Part shown: in pieces, positions 1-12,294 of the stretch | Layout: each line of letters starts with the position of its first letter | Position numbering within the stretch: the first letter of the stretch is position 1 | Assembly (NCBI GenBank): GCA_977017645.1 | Contig: OZ360240.1 | Coordinates: forward strand, 34,224,001 to 34,288,000 | Direction: 5' to 3' | DNA from: Torpedo marmorata | Lineage: Eukaryota | Length of the DNA stretch: 64,000 nucleotides | The notes under the pieces: model-generated | Seen by the model: only the letters and a program-made list of their open reading frames with translations | Database searches by the model: none | What the model was told of the DNA's origin: nothing | Made by a program: the position numbers and the translations under genes

Positions 1-1387
1 AACTCAAGGAGACTGAATTTGTAAATAGTTGCCAGGCAGTGCATGACAATAGAAAAAGATAGAATAGCAAAAATTACATTCTACTATATTTAGCAATTAA
101 TGTTAAAGAAAGAAAAATCAAGAAATTATCCCAGGCATGCAAAACCTCACTTTCTGTGATCCAACTGTCTGGAATCAAGCTGATTTGCTTTTGCTCTGTT
201 TTTGTGTTTCTGCTGTGACTGATGAGGCCTTTGTGGGAACTATAGACTCAGCCAATAATGGGGTAGCAGGTGCCTGATGTCACATAGGTTAGTAGTCTGT
301 AGGTGATGGACTCCTTTCAACATTTATGCAGAGCTAAGGGGGTTGGACTCAAGGTGATCAACACCATCTTGAGTGGTCCAAGAGCATGTTGCATTTTTTT
401 CCCCAAACAGGTTTACAGCATTTTCTTGAATCTTTCCCTCTGTCTGCCTCGTAATCTCCTCCCATGACAGAACTGGGAACACAAGTTATATTTTGGGAGT
501 CTTGTGTCATTGCTGAGATCTTCAACTGCCTCCTTCTAGTGGTTGATGAGTTGCTTTCCAAATTGCAGCCCAGCGTAAAGTGGCAGAAGCAGCGAACTAT
601 GGATTTCATCCCTCGAGATGTGATCCTCACTATGCCACAACTACCACAGAATGCAGGGAGCAGCGCCCACCACTATTTCATCCTTCCTGTTGATGGAGCT
701 GTCACAGCTGATTGGACAGCTTGATATATAAAAGATATTTTCAAATGGTCTAGGATAAGAAAGCAGCTGAATTTCCCAGTCACTGTATGCATGATCAGAA
801 GCAGGAAACAGATGATTTTTTTGTTATCACCCATCTTCACCATTGCAATAATACTTCTCTTTCACTTTGAAAATGTAATTGCATTTTTCAGTCTTCCACA
901 TTGTCTGTTTGGCTTTCACCTAGATCTTCACTGTCCATCATTTATTGCAACATACTGTCCTGATGTTTACATCTTGGCATGATTTTCCCCTTGCTCTTGG
1001 TCTTGGTCTTCTCACATGCCTAAACTAAACTTCTGTTCATTTCTCTGACACTGGCTTTTCAAGTTATCACTTTCCAGTATCTCGCAATTGCCAGCAGTCT
1101 CTTCAATCATCTTCGACCTCACCCTTCTGAACCCCCTGCCCCCTGGGAATCTCCATAAACCCATTACATCGATCAAGCCCTAATTATCTTCCATAAGATC
1201 TATTTCTCCAATCCAGCATCCATCTCTTATTTCAATGGCACTGCTGTGAAACTCCATGGGAAGTTTCCCCATAACAAAGGTATGTTGTTTTTGATGTTTT
1301 ATCACATTAGAGGGCCAGAATTCTTTTATATTGCTCTGTTGCCTCCAAAAGATTCTCCTGTCTACTTCAAAAACTGACCAATAAAAT

Positions 1388-1888
1388 ATTCAAGATTCAA
1401 GATTCATTTTATTGTCATTTAATAAAAACAGTGTCATATTACACAAAATTGTTTTTGTCTGCTGTAAGGCAGACAGATTCGCCATCAGCAGAAATTGCCT
1501 GAAGCGCCTCTTACAGTCAGTCAGAGAAAAAGAAGCAAAAAAGAGTTTCCCCAAGAGTCACCAAGTGTTTGTGGATTCACCACAGCACTCCCGCAGCCTC
1601 TGCAGCCACACAGAGTCCAGTCCAAACCATCGGCAACCCGAGCTCCAGATTCGAACCTCCGATACGATTGGGAACCCTTCAGCACTCTCTCGCATCCCAG
1701 TTCCGATACCTAGTACCCCTTCAGCCAGTTTCGAGCCAGTCGTCAGCAGTCTGCAGTCTGGCGCGAGTCCCTTGACTGCAGTCTCCAGCAGCCCACAGCC
1801 TGTGTGGGTTCCTCGCCTTGAGTAAATAACAGCCCACCGCCTGTGTGGTTCCTTCAGCAGCAGAACCTCTCACTGGTCTGCCGCCGTG
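1388..1888 (-). mobile_element. Repeat A copy 1: non-autonomous GC-rich retroelement, 5'-truncated
   Basis: Begins with the reverse complement of the (TTGAATC)n tail and GACAATAAA (attcaagattcaagattca..tttattgtc); aligns by eye with copies at 1886, 30404 and 60510. Confidence 0.9.
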
Positions 1889-2525
1889 ATTTTATTTAAA
1901 ATCCCGCGACCGCGGTGTCTGTGCCCAAGATGGCAGCGCTTCTGATCGGCAGCAGCCACGAGGGGTTGCAGACTCCAGGGGAGCGGAGGACTGGTGCAGG
2001 GCACCAGAAAACGGGGAGACTATCCCCCGTCTGAGAAGGAGAAGCAGAGGAGATGACCCACAGGACGGTGACCACGGCAGCGGACCAGCGAGGGGGCTCT
2101 GCGGCTGGAAGACCAATGCACGTGGCGGGCTGCTGGCAACTCGAGGCGAGGAACCCGCGGAGGCTGCGGACTGCTGGAGACTGGCTCGAACTGGCTGAAG
2201 GGGTACCAGGTATAGTAACCGGGATGCGAGGGGGTGCCGAAGGTGCTGAAGGGTTCCTGACAGTGTCGGAGTTCGGATCTGGAGCACGGGTTGCCAATGG
2301 TTTGGACTGGACTCTGTGTGGCTGCGGAAGCACTGGAGGCGAATCTACGGACACTGGGTGACTCTGGGGGGAAACTCTCTTTTGCTTCTCTTTCTCTGAC
2401 TGTAAGAGGCGCTTCAGGCAATTTCTGCCGATAGCGAATCTGTCTGCCTTACAGCAGGCAAAAGGAATTTCGTGTAATATGACACTGTTTTATTGCATGA
2501 CAATAAATTGAATCTTGAACCTTGA
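1886..2525 (+). mobile_element. Repeat A copy 2, 5'-truncated, head-to-head with copy 1
   Basis: Colinear with about 60667-61315; ends gacaataaattgaatcttgaaccttga. Confidence 0.9.
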
Positions 2526-4186
2526 CGTTGTCTATATTTCTCAGCACCAGGGAGAGAGCAACTGTTCAGATCTCACCCTGAATGCCCAGGAATTATCATC
2601 TCATCACTCGGCAAAATGTCGTTATTATCAACGCAGCACAGGTTAGATAGCAATTATCACCATTCTGGAGGCGGAGAACTCTAGTACTAAATAGCTTCAG
2701 AGTTTATTTATTAGAAATCAGTTTGTATCAATCTGTCCACTAAACCTGGACTGTTAAAAGCGGTATTGGGCTGCGTCAGCCACTGAATTAAATATATAGA
2801 GATTAAACCAATTCTGCTCCAAATGAACTCTCAAATCCTCAGTGTGTAAAATCTTTTAATTGAATTCCTGTGCTGTTCCTTTTCCCATTGAAATGCTGAC
2901 AGAAAGATATCTGGCTTTAGTCTGTGGGGGGAGGGGGTGGTGGTGCATCTACCTTTGAAGGGGGATCTCTGGGAGAGATTTGAAATGCTTACAACTAATC
3001 AATACAAAAAGAATGAACCTGAACCTCTTCATTTCTAATGCTGTGGAAATATGTCAATACAGGGATTAAAGTGATCTGTCTTATTGATTCCCAAAGGACA
3101 GGCCTCCCCCTGAGGTGCGATCACAACACCAACAGCACTGCAGTAATGTGTTTGCCTTCTCAACCATAAAAACTACAAATTACTGCTCTGAGGGGAACAG
3201 ACTGCCCCCAGAGCAGGCAGGCAGATTACTGAGCTATTTACCTGAATCACTGCTGGTTGCAGGCACCAGGCAGTAATGTGGAAAAAAAACGAGGCAATTT
3301 CCACACTGTGTACATAAAAAGGGAGGAAAGCAGAAGTCACTCGGAGCCTTGCAAATGGAACAACTCAAAATGGGACAGAGAGAAAAATAGTAGAAGCATT
3401 AAGAAGTCAAAATGTGTCCTGAATACGATCGATATGTTTCTTTCCAGATGTAGATATTTATTAAAAGTGTCAACAGAACTGGCATTGGAAAATAAACTCT
3501 TTTGTGACTTTCATTTGAAGGAAAATCCAGAAAATGGCAATTTGGATGTAAAAATAATTTCTGATTTGACTAATTCAATATTGGTCCTTGTAATTTGTAA
3601 ATAATTATCCTTAAGGATTAGGCTAGAAACCAGGGCAAATGTGGAAGCCAAAATTTGTCTTTAAATGTTCTAGAAGTCAGGCTGGAGCTGCAAGGAAACA
3701 AGCGATGCAAAGGAAGAAGTTAAAATGAGCGATCAGCTACAGAAAAGCACGTGATTTATCTTACACCTTCAAAGAGAGGAATTATTTTGGCGGTTGGTGG
3801 GGGGGGGGGGGGCGGAGTATGTATAGAACTGCAAAATGAACATTACTCTAAAGAAAAGCAGTGATGGTCATCCAAAACACTGTTTCCTGGATGTAGGAGG
3901 CTGGGATTTGGTTCAGCCAAGGAAAACCCATAACATCCACAAGAAAGCAGTTTTTTTCTGCTGACTGGCTCAGAAGATAAGAGAAGCCCAAATTATTCCA
4001 ACGGAATATTTCCAACCTAATGTCAGTGGGTAAAGAGGATGAGCAGCACTGTGACTGAAAACAGAGGTGGAATTAATTTATATCCCTTTTCCAACAGGAC
4101 ACATTTACATTTTTGAAAGTTATTTCTATTTCATAGTGTTGAGTTTCTATCCAATTAAAGCTATTTTGGACATTTTTAAATCTAAC

Positions 4187-4240
4187 TTGAATTGTTTTTG
4201 ACTGCAGTGTGTATTGAATTGTTTTTGACTGCAGTGTGTA
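4187..4240. repeat. Perfect 27-bp tandem duplication
   Basis: ttgaattgtttttgactgcagtgtgta twice (4187-4213, 4214-4240). Confidence 0.95.
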
Positions 4241-5221
4241 ATGCTCCCATAAAATAACCAGGTTTGACAGGTGTTAACAATGTCAACTCCATCTGTGACT
4301 GTTCTGATCCTTGCCTCCCATTTGAAATGATGGATAAGATATAAAAGCACAAGAATGTTTTGATAACTATCCTCACTTCTGGTCCCTCAGCTTTGTTCTG
4401 ACTATTTTCACTAGCTTCCTGAGATGCAGGCAGGTCATGAAATAATGGCAATCCAGGTTATAACAATTTACTACCTGGAAGGATGGCAACATTGCTCATT
4501 ATGCAGGCAGATTAAATGCTGCACTAAAAACATTATGCAGTAAAAAAAGAAGTAACTCACAAATAAGCAGAGCGAGATACATGAAAATGTTTCATTACTG
4601 GCAAAGAAAAATAAAAAAAGCCTTGTGCCTGACCTAGGTTGGTAGAGCCTGTCTGACAACATAAATGGATGACTGTCCCTAGCCCATCATAATGCATACA
4701 GCACATGGATATAAATGCATCCGTATGTTAACTTGCCATTTTAAAATTCCAGGAGCTAGCATATCTATTTGAATCACATTTTTAATCATGACATCTGACG
4801 AGGAATCTCATTTACCAATTCATAAATTCTGTGATTTTGCTTTTCTAACGCTTTCTGCAAACATGCAGCCGCAGGTCATCCATAAATTGATGGACTTAAT
4901 AGCTAACTGAGAGCTTTTTGGAACCTCATTGTAATCTCCTCCCAAAACAGGAACAGAATTGAGCAGTCAACACACAGACACAATGAAAAGAGCCATTATT
5001 CTGCATTATGGCTCCTCCCACCATGAAGCTACAAACTAAGCATAAATTCATGAGTGCAAGATCATTCGTGTTTTCTTTGGCCACACCATCTATGAGAATG
5101 TATTGGGAACAAGACAGAAATAAACAAATTTGTCCTCAGAGAATAGGAACAGAAAATTCAATGGGCAAGCTTACAACTCAAGCTATCCATTCAATCAAAG
5201 CACTTGAATAAAGACAGGTGG

Positions 5222-5870
5222 ACTTGCATTTCCATAGCACCTTACATATCACTTTTGGAGATCCCAATGAGCTTTACAAAGTACTTTTGAAATACAAAGA
5301 CTTTGATAAGGTAGGAAGATCAGAAGCAAATGAATGTGCAACAAATTCCATCAACCCCAATGTGATAATAACTAGATAATCTATTTCAGTGATATTGCTT
5401 GAAGAAGGGCTTGAAATAAATAGCACAGTAATATTTAAAGAGAATTTGAACAAATGCATGAGGGAGAAGCGTACAGAAAGTTATGCAGATTGATTTAGGG
5501 GAGGGTAGGGAGGAGGAATATAAATGGCTACATGCATTGGTTACATTGAATGACCAAATTTTGTGATGTACAGGTAGTCCTCGAAATACGACCAATCCGA
5601 GTTACGACCACTCCTTCGGTCCCAATTACGGTCATAAGTCGAGGACTACCTGTATAGCCAATGTAATATATATTAATCTGGACATCAGTGATACTCCCCT
5701 GCTCCACTTTTAAGACTAATGAATCATTTAGATCGCCTCAGTGAGCTGATTAGGCTTGCCTTATACAAAAAGTGGAACCTTTGCCTCATCACTACAATGG
5801 AACATTCGTCCAGATATTTGTTCTTAGTTTTTTGGAGTGAAACTTGAACACTTGTGATTCAGAAGCAAGA
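5222..5870 (-). mobile_element. Ancient Deu-domain SINE (SacSINE1/AmnSINE1-like), interrupted at about 5420-5670
   Basis: acttgcatttccatagcacctt..atcccaatgagctttaca..aagtacttttgaa..gataatctatttcagtgat resembles the recalled reverse complement of the Deu-SINE 3' region; degenerate head resumes after 5670. Confidence 0.6.
5571..5652. mobile_element. 82-bp Tc1/mariner-pogo (Tigger-like) MITE
   Basis: 14-bp TIR CAGGTAGTCCTCGA / TCGAGGACTACCTG, TA on both sides. Confidence 0.9.
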
Positions 5871-6361
5871 ATTTAAAAAAAAAATTCTGAACCACTGTTC
5901 GGAAACATTAAAAAAATAAATCTTATTAAATCTTAACAATTCATCAACTGGAGAAGGAGAAGCACAATATCCCAAACTAGCTGATGCAGATCAATCTTCG
6001 TAATATGCTATCCCAATGAAAGAAAAATTGTAATTACCATTTAATCACACGTATTTGAACAAAAATTCTGCAGTTATCCAATGTACGATGACTTTATCAC
6101 ATGCGAGAGGGATCAAAAAATTAATTGAAATTGCTGAGGCATATCAACTATATAGGCTCTGATTGTCAGGCATGTTAAAATTCTATATGAAAGGGTTATT
6201 TATGTAGTGCAGCATTCCACTGTAAGTCACCGTACTTGTATTTCAACATGCTTATGGAAAGGATCTACAAAATGTTCCTGTACCTATAGCATTGCCAAAT
6301 CATTTGATGCCATCACTTCAGTTGATAAATTGTGTATTCTGCAGCTTAAGCCTAAATCCAT

Positions 6362-7060
6362 ATTATTTTTCGCAAAAAGATTAACAGTGTAAACATAGTC
6401 ATACAATTTCCAATTGTATACAACATCATTATTAAATTTCCCCTCCCTCCCCCCCAACTAAAAAAGGAAAAGGACAAACCTAAAAAAAAACCCAAAACAT
6501 ACAAATAAAGAGAAAAGAAAACTAAACGTACTGTCAGTGCTTACATTGCTTTTCCCACCTTTCTGGAGACATCACACCATTGATTTTAATACATTACATT
6601 TCATTGTACCTTGGGGTTTAGATTATAACTGGGCCCCAATATATTCCAGATATGGCTGCCACACCTTAACAAATGTGTCATATTTGTTCCTGATATTATA
6701 TGTGATTTTCTCCATGGGAACACAGCTGCACATTTCTGTTGACCATCGAGTGATGACAAGGGGAGAATCGGACTTCCAAGTTATTGCTATACATTTCTTT
6801 GCCACGGACAAAGCAACCTTTACAAATTGAATTTGAAATTTAGATAATTTATAGCTTATGTCCATTAAATTTCCTAAAAGATACAACTCCAGGTCCAGCG
6901 GAAAGTTTACCCTCGTAATTCTAGTTAGTGTGTTAGATATATCATGCCAAAAGGGGCGTACCTTTACGCAGGACCAGGTGGAGTGTAGAAAGGTTCCAAT
7001 TTCCACACCACATCTGAAACACATTTCCGATATTTCAGGTTTTGATTTGTGTAGCTTTGT
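6362..7060 (-). mobile_element. L1 LINE 3' fragment (ORF2 C-terminal Cys-rich domain plus 3' UTR)
   Basis: ORF 6623-7024: CFRC..GTFLHSTWSC..AKKCIAITWKS..WQPY, homologous to the other L1 ORF2 ends in the window; G-rich 3' UTR. Confidence 0.9.
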
Positions 7061-8599
7061 CTAAATCCATATTTAAATAATTGGGAGATTCTATTTGTCT
7101 AAATAATTTACCATAGATATTGTTTCAGGTCTTAATTCTCTGACTTCTTGGGCTTCTAAATATCAATAAAGGTCTTCAATTTCTGCCTTTACTAAATTTC
7201 AGGTAATTGTAGGCTTGCAAATGTATAATGTTGTGATCCCTGAGACATTTGGTTGCATGGGAGGCTAATGACATTAAAGCACGAGGATCCAGGTCATCTT
7301 TAGTGTTCACTCTGGCTGCCATCACTAGAACAATATTAACAGAGTATCTAAGTGAGACTAAATTAGGTAGATCACAGAATCATGGAGCAACACACAAGAT
7401 GCTTGAGGAATTCAGTGGAATATCACAGAATCTGGAAGTTCAAAAGGAGGTCATTTGGTTTATTGAATCGAAGCTGGCTTATTCACAAAGCTACCCAATT
7501 ATTTTAATTTGTTTGATGCTTTCTTCTTCAAAATGTTCAATATTTTCACCCAATTTGGTACATTACTGCAAGAATGCAGAGGGAACTGCTTTATTATAGG
7601 CACAAGTATATAATTTGTTGTACTTATTTAACTTTTCCACTATTTTCTTTATTTATATCACACAATGTATCTTTCAGCTGCATGTCTTTGTCTCTGAAAA
7701 TAAACCTAATGTGACTACAGATTTTAATATTAATTTAGAAATAGAACTCTAGGAAGAACTACTGTGGTGGTAGTTCTCCCATGTAAAATTCCACAGCACA
7801 TGTAAAATATAAATGCTGAATTTGACTCAAAGCTGCGCAACACTGATTTGTGGTGACTGAATGTTCTGAGTTTGTGAAAGGTGGCTGTGATGACTGCACG
7901 CTCTAGCCCAAAACAACAACATGAGAAAATCTGAGCAAATATGCAAACTGCATTTAAAGGGTTGCTGAAAGATACGTGGTGAAGACAAGATCCACGGCAT
8001 CCTTTTGCGAGTAGAATTGAACTATTGGTTCTTTTAAATGGCTGAGGATTAAGTGAGTCAGAGAGTAAAAGCCCTAACAGAATCCTCGAAAAATACAATT
8101 AAATAATCAGATTCACTGATGTGAATTTCAAAAGATGAGGCAGAAATTAGGGGAGAATGTTGATTTGCTCAACAATACAGTCCATAAATACAAAGAAAAG
8201 GAATCAGATGAATGGGTAGGGGACCATCAGATTCAGTGATCAGTACCTCATGAAAACAAAAAAAAATGCCTTGATCAGGAGGGAGGAGGTATTTGCAGCA
8301 AACAGAAAAAAAATCCGGCATGAGAGAGAAAGCCACAAGTCGTCAGATGAAGTGCAGACTACTCTGATAACTAATCTCGAGATCAAACTCAAGATGGAGG
8401 AAACAATCTATTCTCTTCCCTCTCCAATCAAAAGGCACCTTCCTCTAAAAAGCAAAACAGAGCTGAACTGAATATACCCAGGCAACTTTGAGGGAACAGC
8501 AGGACGCTTTGAAGTTTTTGAATACCACATCAATATAGATCACAAAAGGTAAACAGTGATCCAACCTCCACAAACATTACCAACCAAAAAAGAGAGCCT

Positions 8600-10330
8600 G
8601 AAAAGGAACTCCAAAAAAGATGGAGCAAAAGGGGTAATAGCCAAAGGCAGTTAACAAACCATGCAGGCGAACTGCATTGTGGTGAGAGAGAAGCTTGATA
8701 GGATATGCCTGACCAACAAGATGATGCGTGATCATAAAGGATTACTAGTCAACCCCAACTCTGGGAGAAATCGTGCCAGCATTGACAGAGATCAAGACAT
8801 TACCAATAATGCCTGACCAAGTCCTGGAGAATGAAGATTGATGAGGAGTTTTCACTTTTGACAAATTCAACACACTATTTGAATGATACAAGTGACATGT
8901 ACCTTTTGACGTTGAGTAAGCCGGGATATGTTCTTCAGAAAGTAGATGACACTTACAGAGGACGTAAAACAGCATTAGGCAGATAGTGTCCAGATCTTGG
9001 AGTGGTTGACAAAGGGCATACCTGTCATCTCCTTGAGGAAAGAACAAGAAATCTTGGCTCTAAATACATATTGGCCAATGCAAAAGAAAGCAGAAATATT
9101 GTGAGTTTTGTGGAATGGTATATACACTGCACGGCGTTAAACCAAGCCCAGAGAAAGGCAGAGCTGATAATGAGATGAAAGCAAACGCAAAGAAAGAACT
9201 GACAAACTTTCTAATGCTCATCTAGTTGTTGAATCCTCCCCATCTCATGTGTAAACACATACCCCAAACCTGGGAGAATTGATGAAAGAAGGTGGCAAAC
9301 ACAACTGGTTAGAAGCCATGAAACAAATTTCAAGAGATAGTGTGCACTGACAAAAGGTAGCCTTATTGCAACAGTAAAAAGCATGATTTTTCAGAAAATG
9401 CTTGTGCTTAAGGTTTGCGAGCAATTACGTTATCACAAATATCATATGCCAACATAGATGGACAGTGATCTATGAATGCAAGAAGTGCCACATGTATAAT
9501 TATGGAGAATATAATCAGTAACTCCTACAACAAATACCTAAGAAAAGCCCCTTTAAAGCTCCAGCAAGACTACAAAGATTATTCTTCAGTGTTGTTATTT
9601 TGCGTTGAAATATAACCTAGGAAAGGAAACAGTGCACGTGTTAACGCTACTCCATCTGTTGCGACAGGACAGCATGAGATGATAGATTCCTGGTGCAAGG
9701 ATACTCGCCCGACTAAATGTGGAATTAATAAAGCTGAATAAAGCCAAAGAAGAGACTGACAAAGGCGAGAACTTACCATTGCTCTCCCAGCAGCTGATTC
9801 ACGGACGGACCAAGAAAAGGAATCAAGTACAGTCAGCAGTAATATGTTGCTGGTCAATCAGAGATGACATCTCAGTGGAGGATGCTATATTGTTTGGACC
9901 TAGAATCAGCAAAGCCAAATGAAACGTTCAAGGAATTCTGACAGAATGTTCATGAGGGCCAGATGAGCAGAGAGATCAGCTAAATACTGGACTGATAGCA
10001 ACAAAGATCAAGTGAGTAGGGTGCCAACATTCCATGTGTTCCAGGAGTACAATACACCACAAAATCAGAAATGGAACTATTTGAGATACCACCTATGGTG
10101 ATAAAGTGCAATGGGAGCAGATTTGTTCCCCCTCAGCCAGGAATGGGGTCTTACACTTCAAGTTCCCAAAGGATGACAGAGGCACAAGAAGTTAAATTTT
10201 GTTCGCAGCACAAAGGATTCCGGGAATTTTTTTGTGTGACAATGGAACACGATTCACAGAGAACATGGACAGTTTGCAGACTGATATGGGTTTACCATTG
10301 TGACCTCACCCACACTGCCTGAGAGAACAT
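8600..10330 (+). mobile_element. Highly degraded Gypsy-like pol remnant
   Basis: Only scattered motif-like pieces, e.g. RDDISVEDAILF..RI at 9860-9910, typical of the RNase H-integrase linker; many stops. Confidence 0.35.
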
Positions 10331-10360
10331 CATTGTATGGAAACATGTTCCTTCAGTCAG

Positions 10361-10732
10361 GAACAACATCTTATTTTCTGTCTGGGCACTCTCCAGCCAG
10401 ATGGCATTAACATTGACTTTTCTGCTTTCCACTAAACCTGCTCGCCTTTTCCTTCCCCTCCCCCCTTACCTGTCCTTCCAGTTTTTTCCACACACCCAGC
10501 CATCCCTCCTCCCCCTCTTTGCTGCTGTCCCCTCCCTCCTTTCTCCACCTATCATCTCCTGCCTTTGCCACCCCCCTTCCCCCCCTCACTCTTTTGTTCG
10601 GACGCCTGCCGGCATTTTCTCATACTTTGATGAAGGGCTCAAGCCCGAAACGTCGGTTATGTATTTCTACCTTTGCTACATAAAAGACACTGTTTGACCT
10701 GCTGAGCTTCTCCAGCATTTGTGTTTTTTACT
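10361..10732 (+). mobile_element. Penelope-like element (PLE) 3' fragment with hammerhead motif
   Basis: Starts EQHLIFCLGTLQPDGINIDFSAF (PLE ORF C-terminus); 13-bp TSD TTCCTTCAGTCAG at 10348-10360 and 10733-10745; near-identical to 49550-49915. Confidence 0.85.
10621..10661 (+). ncRNA. Minimal type-I hammerhead ribozyme motif (U3 variant)
   Basis: CATACT-TTGATGA-A-GGGC(TCAA)GCCC-GAAA-CGTC-GGTTATG: core, stem II, palindromic ACGT stem III, bulged stem I; predicted cleavage after 10654. Confidence 0.65.
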
Positions 10733-12169
10733 TTCCTTCAGTCAGAAGTTCAACAAACAGAAAAGCAAAGGGGAATGCAAACTTTACTTTATTGTCACTC
10801 CAAACTATAATGAGATTAGCAGCTGAGCCTCTGAATAGTAGAGAGAGCAATGCTACTTTCACAAAGCAAAATATATCTTCCACAAGACTAAGACGAAGTA
10901 AGGCCATCTCAAATACAATTTACACCATTCAGGATTTCCATTGTTACAGGCAGAAGTATGCTATTAGTACTTCATGCACCACATCACTCACACATATATT
11001 CTGTGTTGAAATCATGTATTTGGCAGCAAATTGTCTATATAGGAAAATAAACATAATGTAGACACCAATTTGAGTCTAAGTTTGTAATTTAAAAATAAAG
11101 TTACGGAAATAACAATTCCTTTTGAAAGTTATTATGGACTTTATATCAATCTCAAATATTATTGCATTAGAAACTCATCTTTGCTTGACACCCTACCCTC
11201 CCCGCTGTTGGCCAAGTTCAAGGTTTTTGGGTTTAATTGTTACACATATAAATTTGGAAATGGAAACAGAATAAATGTGAGTAAACTGTGTTATGGACTA
11301 TGGCTGACCATTTGGACTGCGGACGGTCAGCAGGAAGAATGAAGTCTTTTGGGTACACACTGGGACCAGGTACTGAAAGAGTTAACTTGCCCAGGACTGG
11401 CTGTGCTCAGAGAGAGAGACACATAGAGAGAGAGACAGGCTGTGGAAAGATACTTTGTTGCACTTTTGCAAAAGCTGGTGCAAACCTCTGCTAAAAGCAT
11501 TCAGTTTGGAGTTGCAAAAGGCTGAAGCAACAATATCAGAAACAGGCTTGTGCTTTCCAGTGAGAAAGGCTTGGAGAATAGCACATGGCCTCCTGTATCA
11601 GCAAAATTCTGAGATAAAGCAACTTTTGTGGAGAACAGGCGTGAGATCAGCGAGACAGGCTGTGAGATCCAAGTACACGCCTCCATCAGTGATATACTGA
11701 TTTGGAACAGCAACCCTCGTGCACCTACCAAAAGGGAAAGCCATCGGAAGAAAAACAGGCCAAGCATTCAAAATCTTAAACAGTCATTGTCTCTCTCTCC
11801 AACGTTCATTAAGAAGTCCTTTGTGCCAGTGCGCAGAGCTGAATTTGGACCCTGAACATAGAGAGTGATTTTTGTGGACTGTATTTATGAGACTGACTTA
11901 TTTTTACGACTGACCTGGGGTTTTGGGGAAGGTTTTCTATTTTTTTTCCTTGAGGGTTGGGCACAGACTGTAATGGTCTGGGCTTAACACACACACTCAC
12001 ACACACACACACACACACTCACTCTTTAGATAAGAAGTGTTATAGACATTTATAGTGGGGTTGATTGTTGTGAAATTATATGTTTAATTGTCATTAATAA
12101 ATATAAATTTCAATTTTGCCCATTTTGCATTGCGTCTGCTGTTGTTGCTGGATTGAGTTTGTAACAAAT

Positions 12170-12187
12170 TGGGGGCTCGTCTGGGAT
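12170..12187 (+). other. Primer-binding site for tRNA-Pro
   Basis: TGGGGGCTCGTCTGGGAT, one mismatch from canonical PBS-Pro TGGGGGCTCGTCCGGGAT, 3 nt after the LTR end. Confidence 0.9.
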
Positions 12188-12294
12188 TCAATCAAGCTCC
12201 AACTTGGTAATTGAAGGAATCCCAGTCTGGTTTAAGACATCCCTTTTGTAAAGCTAATTAAAAGCTAGTGTGTGTGTAACATAAACCAGCAACA

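Noticed and set aside
230-1370. Possible ancient CR1/L2 LINE remnants (also about 39.1-39.5, 48.8-49.0, 53.5-53.8, 58.2-58.6, 59.2-59.6 and 63.0-63.3 kb)
   Set aside because: Too decayed to assign family or boundaries by eye; needs RepeatMasker or nhmmer.
11238-11244. TGTTACA as an alternative LTR start
   Set aside because: Its flank (TAAT) does not match the right flank (ACTG); the start at 11289 gives a matching TSD.
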